Of a stretch of DNA of 32,000 nt, positions 26,019 to 32,000 are shown in pieces. The stretch comes from an uncultured Methanocorpusculum sp. GTDB taxonomy: Archaea; Halobacteriota; Methanomicrobia; Methanomicrobiales; Methanocorpusculaceae. Position 1 is the stretch's first letter, and every line of letters starts with the position of its first letter. A model generated the notes under the pieces. The model was given only the letters and a program-made list of their open reading frames with translations, was not told the DNA's origin and made no database searches. The stretch lies in assembly GCA_963667985.1 (NCBI GenBank), contig OY764081.1, positions 1,367,599 to 1,399,598 on the forward strand. The letters run 5' to 3'. A program made the translations under genes and the position numbers.

Positions 26019-26978
26019 ATGCAGCTTACCGGCTGGATGGAAGAGAACGGCCGGCTGCTCGACCGTGTCGAGATCGAAACCTTTTCCGTATCCAGACTCT
26101 CGGCATGCGGCGGCGAGTTTCTTCTGGAGACAGACGAATGCTTCATCCGGGACAAATACCACATCATGCCCGGGAACCCACAAGGAAAGCCGATCATCAC
26201 CGCCGACCCTAATGTTCCCGATCTGCCCCTCGATGAAGCGATCCAAACTGCCGTTTTGCTCCGGGCATCCGAGGACGCCGTGACCACCCTTTCGGGCGGC
26301 GTGGACTCATCCCTCGTCGCGGCCCTTGCCGGTCTCCCTTGTATCGCCGTAGGACTTTCGGGTTCGCATGATCTTGCCGCGGCACAAGAGACCGCGAAGA
26401 TCCTCGACCTCCCCCTTACCGTAAAAGAGATCGGGATCGCCGACATCCGGGTGGCGCTCGACGAGGTTCTTGAGATCATTCCGCGGGTCACTCCCCTCGA
26501 CGTCGAGATCGCGATCACCGGCTACTTCATCGCGGCTCTCGCAAAAGAGACCGGGGCGGAAAGGATCCTCACCGGCCAGGCAGCCGATGAACTGTTCGGG
26601 GGATACGCACGATACGGCCGATCGGCCGATCTCCGGTCCGACCTTGCGGCCGACTTTGCCGGTCTTTTCTTCCAACGAGAGAGGGATGCGGCGGCCGCCT
26701 CGCATTTCGGCGTCTGGTACTCCCTGCCCTTCATGGACGAGCGGGTCGTTCGTGCATCCCGGACATTCAGCCCGGATGAACTGGTGAAAGGCGACCTTCG
26801 AAAGATCGCCCTTCGAAGTGTTGCCGCCCGCCATCTCCCGGAAGAGATCGCCTGGAGACCAAAAAAAGCCATGCAGTATGGAAGCGGCATATCCTCGGCG
26901 TTAGCAAAGATCGCCAAGTCGGAAGGCTGCAAAGGATGCCGGGAACTGATTCAAAAACTCTGCCCGGATAAGGTATAA
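26019..26978 (+). CDS. Asparagine-synthetase-like PP-loop protein lacking the glutaminase domain
   Basis: 319 aa; TTLSGGVDSSLVAAL, TGYFIAALAKETGAERILTGQAADELFGGYARY, LPFMDERVVRASR, ARHLPEEIAWRPKKAMQYGSG. Confidence 0.85.
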   Translation: MQLTGWMEENGRLLDRVEIETFSVSRLSACGGEFLLETDECFIRDKYHIMPGNPQGKPIITADPNVPDLPLDEAIQTAVLLRASEDAVTTLSGGVDSSLVAALAGLPCIAVGLSGSHDLAAAQETAKILDLPLTVKEIGIADIRVALDEVLEIIPRVTPLDVEIAITGYFIAALAKETGAERILTGQAADELFGGYARYGRSADLRSDLAADFAGLFFQRERDAAAASHFGVWYSLPFMDERVVRASRTFSPDELVKGDLRKIALRSVAARHLPEEIAWRPKKAMQYGSGISSALAKIAKSEGCKGCRELIQKLCPDKV

Positions 26979-27005
26979 GTTGACCTGGTCCAATATCAAT
27001 AAGAA

Positions 27006-27293
27006 ATGACCGATATATCCGGAATTGAACTGACCAGCCTTGCAGGCATAATCGGCTTCATCCTTCTCTGTCTCATCCTCGTCATTGTTTTTTCAAAACT
27101 CGAGCGCAAAGTCTCGAAAAAGCCTGCTTCAAAAGAGCAGCCCTCCCATGAGGTGCCCCGAAAGGAAACCGAATCCGCTCCCGCCGGCGAGGTCCAGCCC
27201 GCATTCACCGTCGGCCTGGTGTATCAGATGGAGGACGGGACGCTTGCAACCTATGCCGCCGACGGGACGTTTTGTAAAATAAAAGAGAAGTGA
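27006..27293 (+). CDS. Small single-pass membrane protein, hypothetical
   Basis: 95 aa; one TM helix (LAGIIGFILLCLILVIVF) followed by a charged linker and QMEDGTLATYAADGTFCKIKEK. Confidence 0.5.
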   Translation: MTDISGIELTSLAGIIGFILLCLILVIVFSKLERKVSKKPASKEQPSHEVPRKETESAPAGEVQPAFTVGLVYQMEDGTLATYAADGTFCKIKEK

Positions 27294-27313
27294 TCCGGGG
27301 CTTTGCTCCCCAC

Positions 27314-27754
27314 TCATCCTGCCGTTGTGGAATTATACAGATCGGCGACGACGCCGTCTTTAAACGTCCCCACCACCAGTACCGAGGTTATCGCACCTCC
27401 TATATTAGGAGGAATTTTATAGGTAATCCTGACTCCCGGCGTGTATGTCTCCGGAAGACTAACCGGTTCGGCCTTAATTCCATTGATATACACCTCCAGC
27501 AGTGCTAGACCCTCTATGTCCCTGCCGCTTACGAGCTCGAGTTCGATCTGCTGACCATCGGAGCTGGCCGTCATTCCAACGATTTTTATGATATATGCGC
27601 CGCCGCTGTAGGTATTCAGAATGAACATACTTACGATGGCGGTCAAAAGAATCGCTATGGCCAAACCTAGAACAAAACCTATCAGTGTTGGTGCGGGAAG
27701 TGTCTTTCCGGAGAAATAGTCCCAGAAAGCATCAAGGAATGTAGCCACTGTCAC
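27314..27754 (-). CDS. Membrane-anchored hypothetical protein
   Basis: 146 aa; one hydrophobic segment (TLIGFVLGLAIAILLTAIVSMFIL) and a beta-rich extracytoplasmic domain, loosely like archaeal type IV pilin-like proteins. Confidence 0.5.
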   Translation of the reverse strand: MTVATFLDAFWDYFSGKTLPAPTLIGFVLGLAIAILLTAIVSMFILNTYSGGAYIIKIVGMTASSDGQQIELELVSGRDIEGLALLEVYINGIKAEPVSLPETYTPGVRITYKIPPNIGGAITSVLVVGTFKDGVVADLYNSTTAG

Positions 27755-27871
27755 GGAATTGGAGTTAATTGACTATAAACATTATCTTACAGACACTTTC
27801 GATTCCGTGAAATATCAGGTCTGAATGAGTATTCCATCTCCCTTATCATGCAAAAAAACCAATAGAAACCT

Positions 27872-28798
27872 ATGAATTGTATCGTCACCGGAGGAGCGGG
27901 ATTCATCGGCTCGCATTTGGTGGATCTCCTTGTTGCAAACCATCATAAGGTCACCGTGATCGACTCGATGGTTGCCGGAAGAATGGCCAATATCGAAAAG
28001 AACCTTTCCTCGATCACATTCGTTCAGGCCGACCTGCTCGAAGACGGCTGGCAGAAGTATTTCGCCGGCGCCGACAGAGTCTATCATATCGCCGCCGATC
28101 CGGATGTCCGCGGATCCGCACGCAAATCCTATGAAATGTATGAAAACAACGTGACGGCCACGATCCGGGTTCTCGAAGCGATGAAAGAACACGGCGTAAA
28201 AGAGATCGTCTTCACCTCGACCTCTACCGTGTACGGCGAAGCTTCGGTGATTCCGACGCCCGAGACCTACTCTCCCATAATCCCGATCTCGGTGTACGGG
28301 GCAAGCAAACTTGCCTGCGAAGCGATGATCTCTTCCTACGCCGCGACCTACGGCTGGAAGGCCTGGGTCTACCGGTTCGCAAACATCATCGGAGCCCGCA
28401 GCACGCACGGGATCATCTACGACTTCGTCCAGAAACTCCGGGCAAACCCGCATGAACTGGAGATCCTCGGCGACGGGCGGCAGAGCAAATCCTATCTTGC
28501 CGTCGAAAACTGCGTGAATGCGATGATCTTCGCACCCGAGGTTTCGAACGACACCTTCAACTTCTTCAATATCGGATCGGAAGACTGGGTGAATGTAAAG
28601 AGGATCGCCGAACTGATCGTCGAGGAGATGGGGCTGGAAAATGTGAAGTTCAACTTTACCGGCGGCGACCGGGGATGGGTCGGCGACGTTCCGCTGATGA
28701 GACTCGGCGTCGACAAGCTCAAGTCCTACGGCTGGGAGCCGGGGATCACCTCCGAAGAGAGCGTCCGGCGTGCGATCCGGGCAACTCTTGCCGAGTGA
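27872..28798 (+). CDS. NAD-dependent epimerase/dehydratase (UDP-glucose 4-epimerase-like)
   Basis: 308 aa; VTGGAGFIGSHLVDLLV, YGASKLACE, YRFANIIGARSTHGIIYDFV. Confidence 0.92.
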   Translation: MNCIVTGGAGFIGSHLVDLLVANHHKVTVIDSMVAGRMANIEKNLSSITFVQADLLEDGWQKYFAGADRVYHIAADPDVRGSARKSYEMYENNVTATIRVLEAMKEHGVKEIVFTSTSTVYGEASVIPTPETYSPIIPISVYGASKLACEAMISSYAATYGWKAWVYRFANIIGARSTHGIIYDFVQKLRANPHELEILGDGRQSKSYLAVENCVNAMIFAPEVSNDTFNFFNIGSEDWVNVKRIAELIVEEMGLENVKFNFTGGDRGWVGDVPLMRLGVDKLKSYGWEPGITSEESVRRAIRATLAE

Positions 28799-28829
28799 AG
28801 ATTTTTATTTAATCATCATTCATTTTTAT

Positions 28830-28881
28830 TCGGGGTGCGGGGACGCGACTTCGGCGCGGAGCGTCCCGCGGTGGAGATATC
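28830..28881. repeat. Dispersed intergenic repeat, copy B
   Basis: TCGGGGTGCGGGGACGCGACTTCGGCGCGGAGCGTCCCGCGGTGGAGATATCC; 28856-28874 is a 19-nt exact reverse-complement match to 19656-19674. Confidence 0.6.
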
Positions 28882-29221
28882 CTAAGATTTTGTATTTGAG
28901 GTATGATTTTTTTCTCTTTCGCGGAAGTGTACTTCGATTTCATCTACGGTATTTTGTGGATACAAGAGGAAAAACCAACCGCGAATCGGCGCGAATCTCG
29001 CCCTTCGGGCTCTCAGAATCGGATTTTCTGATCCTCACTTGAACACGGCGTGCCTAATCGTCCCGCCGGTTCATCCCTCATCGGGAACGTTCGGGCAAAT
29101 CCTGTCGGCGCCCCTGCGCCTCCCGTAAAGATAAATAGATACTTATTGGTTATTTTTGGGGTGCGGAGTGTACGCTGAAATAAAAAAAAAGTATTTTGAC
29201 CAAAAAAGTCAGTGCCGGTTT

Positions 29222-30097
29222 TTACGCCGATTTCTTCTCTGCTCTCTTCTTCATATACTGCAGACCGGCAAGGATCGCGACGCCGACCAAAAAGAACAGG
29301 ATGCTGAACGTCTCAAGACTCATCGCGGGTCTTGGGACGTCAAGCGTGGTCGCACCCATCACGATCGCATACAGCGAACCGATCAGAAGCCCGATGCTGA
29401 GAAAGATCGTCTGCGACCGGTATTTTTTCAGACAGTGCCGCAGAAGCTTCGCGATAAATACGAGTCCCGTGATCATCCCGAGGCCGAAAACGATCAGCAT
29501 CGGCACATACTGGAACTGTAGATGGACGACCGCACTCACTGCCGAGATCAGCGGGACGTAAAGTCCCATGATCAGAAGCATCGTTGAGCCGGATATCCCC
29601 GGGAGAACCATCACCGAGATTGAAAGCACCGCGGCGATGAAAAGAAACAGGCCGAGTTCGAGCGAAAACTGGGTCAGATCCACCGAGCTTTCCCGGGTGA
29701 CCGGATTGAAGTACATCAGAAGAGGAACTGCCGCGACACCTATCGCCGCAAAAATACTGTGCAGATAGTGCCCTTTCAGGGTCTCTTTCTCCTCCATCAC
29801 CACGATTGGAACGGCGCAGACGGTCAGACCGATGAAAACCGAACTTATTTCATACACATACGTATCGAAAAGATTTGCGAGGATCACGGCGCAGATGAGA
29901 AATGCGGCGGCCCAGCCGATGACGAGTTTGAACAGGAACGGGAACGCGGCCTTTTTTTCCGCCATCGTCCCGGTCAGCAGATCGTCCACCGAGGAGATAA
30001 ATTTGTCGTAAAATCCAAGTAAAAATGCGATCGTCCCGCCGGAAACTCCCGGCACGCTGTCGGCGACCGCCATGTACGCCCCTCTGATGATATCCAT
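29222..30097 (-). CDS. DUF368 family membrane protein
   Basis: 291 aa; GAYMAVADSVPGVSGGTIAFLLGFYDKFI...VLPGISGSTMLLIMGLY. Confidence 0.88.
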   Translation of the reverse strand: MDIIRGAYMAVADSVPGVSGGTIAFLLGFYDKFISSVDDLLTGTMAEKKAAFPFLFKLVIGWAAAFLICAVILANLFDTYVYEISSVFIGLTVCAVPIVVMEEKETLKGHYLHSIFAAIGVAAVPLLMYFNPVTRESSVDLTQFSLELGLFLFIAAVLSISVMVLPGISGSTMLLIMGLYVPLISAVSAVVHLQFQYVPMLIVFGLGMITGLVFIAKLLRHCLKKYRSQTIFLSIGLLIGSLYAIVMGATTLDVPRPAMSLETFSILFFLVGVAILAGLQYMKKRAEKKSA

Positions 30098-30203
30098 ATT
30101 CTCCTATTAATTAGGCCTTCCCTCCCTAATTAGCGTTCTTGCATTCCGTGTCGCAACCATGTTATTTATTCCGATAAGGACCAGATATATAAGAGAGATT
30201 CCC

Positions 30204-31367
30204 ATGAAATATATTCTTATTCTGGCTGACGGTGCAGCAGACGAGCCCCTTGCTGAGCTTGGCGGAAAGACCCCGCTTGAAGTGGCACATAAACCCAATA
30301 TGGACAGGATCGCCCGCGAAGGAAGATGCGGCATGCTCAAAACCGTGGACGACTCGCTGTCCCCCGGCTCGGACGTTGCCAATATGTCGATCCTCGGTTA
30401 CGATCCGATGAAATACTACACCGGCCGTGGAGCACTTGAGGCTCTCAGTATGGGCATCTCTTTCAACGAAGGCGACCGTGCCTACCGGTGCAATCTGGTC
30501 ACAGTCGAGAACGGGAAGATGAAGGATTTTGCCGCCGGCCATATCTCGAGTGAAGAGGGGGCAAAACTTTTCGAGACGCTCAAAGAGAAGATCCCGGAAG
30601 CCGGATGGTATTCGGGCGTTTCCTACAGAAATGTCATGATGCTTCCAAACGGCAAAGGATCCGAGACGACCGCTCCGCACGACATCGTCGGCGCGGTCAT
30701 CAATGATTACCTCCCGAAAGGAGAGGATGCCGAGCGTCTGATGAACTTCATTGTTCGGGCCTCCGATGTATTCGAGAACCACCCGGTAAATAAGCAGCGT
30801 ATCGCCGCAGGGAAAAACCCGGCGACGACGATCTGGCCGTGGAGCGGAGGATCGAAGCCTGCGATGCCGGCCTTCTCTGAAAAATATCATAAGAAGGGAG
30901 CGGTCATCTCTGCGGTCGATCTGCTGTTCGGTCTTGCAAAATGCGCCGGTATGGAAGTCGTCACGGTCCCCGGAGCAACCGGTTACCTCGATACGAACTT
31001 CCTTGGAAAAGCTCAGGCGGCAGTCGAGACCGCAAAAGGCGATGCGGACTTCGTGTACATGCATGTCGAGGCAACCGACGAGGCAGGACACCTGGGAAGT
31101 CTTGAAGAGAAGATCAAAGCGATCGAGAATCTGGACAAGGCGATTGGTTATATCCTCGACAACTTCGACGGCTGCATTATGCTGATGCCCGACCACCCAA
31201 CGCCGATCGCGAAAAAGACCCACACGAACGATCCGGTCCCGTTCGCGATCCGCGGTCTCGGCGAACCCGATGACGTTAAGGTCTACACCGAAAAAGAGGT
31301 GCAGGCGAAGGGTTCCTACGGACTTATCCATGCGGTCGATCTCCTGGATATGGTCTTTAAGGAGTAG
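30204..31367 (+). CDS. apgM: 2,3-bisphosphoglycerate-independent phosphoglycerate mutase, archaeal type
   Basis: Start MKYILILADGAADEPLAELGGKTPLEVAHKPNMDRIAREG; SDVANMSILGYDP; C-terminal LMPDHPTPI. Confidence 0.93.
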   Translation: MKYILILADGAADEPLAELGGKTPLEVAHKPNMDRIAREGRCGMLKTVDDSLSPGSDVANMSILGYDPMKYYTGRGALEALSMGISFNEGDRAYRCNLVTVENGKMKDFAAGHISSEEGAKLFETLKEKIPEAGWYSGVSYRNVMMLPNGKGSETTAPHDIVGAVINDYLPKGEDAERLMNFIVRASDVFENHPVNKQRIAAGKNPATTIWPWSGGSKPAMPAFSEKYHKKGAVISAVDLLFGLAKCAGMEVVTVPGATGYLDTNFLGKAQAAVETAKGDADFVYMHVEATDEAGHLGSLEEKIKAIENLDKAIGYILDNFDGCIMLMPDHPTPIAKKTHTNDPVPFAIRGLGEPDDVKVYTEKEVQAKGSYGLIHAVDLLDMVFKE

Positions 31368-31371
31368 GCGG

Positions 31372-32000
31372 ATGCGGGAAGAGGTCACATCCTTCATCGA
31401 AGCGTATGTGAAGGACGCTTCCCACCTGCGAAAACCGCTGGTCGGTTTTGCCGACTGCACATCCCCGATGTTTCCCGGTTTGAAAACCACCGTGATGCCG
31501 GGACATCTGATGCCGGGACATCTGATGCCGGCCGAGATCCTTTCCGATCCGACGGTCGTCATTTCCTATTTCCTATTTTTTGCCGTTTCAACCTGAGGTC
31601 GCCCTTTCGAATGTTTCCGGGCGGCACGCTTCGAAGAGGTGGGCGGAGTGTTATGGGGAAACGAACCGGCTGATCGCTTCCCTAAACGCCGATCTGATCG
31701 AGTATCTCAAAGATCGCGGCTATCGTGCCGCTTTTGCACAAAACGCCGTGCATCTGGATAAAGAGATCCTGATGAGCTGCTGGTCCCAGCGGCACGTCGC
31801 GGAGATCGCGGGTCTCGGCCGCTTCGGTCTGAACAATCTTCTGATCACCCGGGTCGGTTCATGCGGCCGGTTCGGTTCGCTTGTTACGGATCTTCCTATC
31901 ACGCCGGATGTCCCGGAGATAGAGGAGCGGTGTTTGTATAAACTGACCGGCAAGTGTCAAAAGTGCGTGAAAAACTGCCCGACGGGAGCATTGACCGAGG
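31372..32000 (+). pseudogene. Epoxyqueuosine reductase-like/4Fe-4S protein, frame-disrupted near 31594; continues past the window edge
   Basis: MREEVTSFIEAYVKDASHLRKPLVGFADCTSPMFPGLKTTVMPGHLMPGHLMPAEILSDPTVVISYFLFFAVST* then, in the next frame, EVALSNVSGRHASKRWAECYGETNRLIASLNADLIEYLKDRGYRAAF...GLGRFGLNNLLITRVGSCGRFGSLVTDLPI...CQKCVKNCPTGALTE. Confidence 0.7.

Noticed and set aside
25592-26518. 308-aa minus-strand ORF
   Set aside because: Antisense to the asparagine-synthetase-like gene and to the promoter region; composition (Ser/Arg rich) typical of a shadow ORF.
30162-31562. 466-aa minus-strand ORF
   Set aside because: Antisense to apgM; the plus-strand protein is clearly the real product.
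1-32000. tRNA, rRNA, CRISPR array, transposase, integrase, prophage or defence genes
   Set aside because: Visual reading found no convincing example; a tRNAscan/Infernal/HMM run would be needed to exclude subtle ones.

Overview
The window is a gene-dense archaeal chromosomal segment. Gene content (Mcm, archaeal RibD-C-like reductase, DUF2070, UPF0212/DUF555, DUF368, MptD-like protein, apgM, TrmB-like regulator) points to a methanogen, probably Methanomicrobiales; this placement is inference. Most of it is housekeeping or conserved-unknown genes. The main accessory block (about 7.25-13.1 kb) is an arsenic/metalloid locus: two DGC-type putative zinc-binding genes (one frameshifted), two small thioredoxin-fold genes (one ArsD-like), two CSC-motif permeases, two ArsR-type regulators, an ACR3 arsenite exporter, ArsC, and a 45-aa, 9-Cys ORF missing from the supplied ORF track. 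The best candidates for something undescribed are: (1) the Cys-rich micro-ORF and the ArsD-like protein with relocated cysteines in the ars operon; (2) three helically phased GTTAC-N5-GTWAC boxes upstream of a 66-aa possible ribbon-helix-helix protein that directly abuts an asparagine-synthetase-like protein lacking the glutaminase domain; (3) a 13-bp tandem duplication that changes the N-terminus of a TrmB-like regulator. At least five genes are frame-disrupted (DGC, beta-lactamase-like, TrmB-like, PaaI-like, QueG-like), so either sequence errors or an unusual density of indels must be considered. No tRNA, rRNA, CRISPR array, transposase or prophage was recognised.
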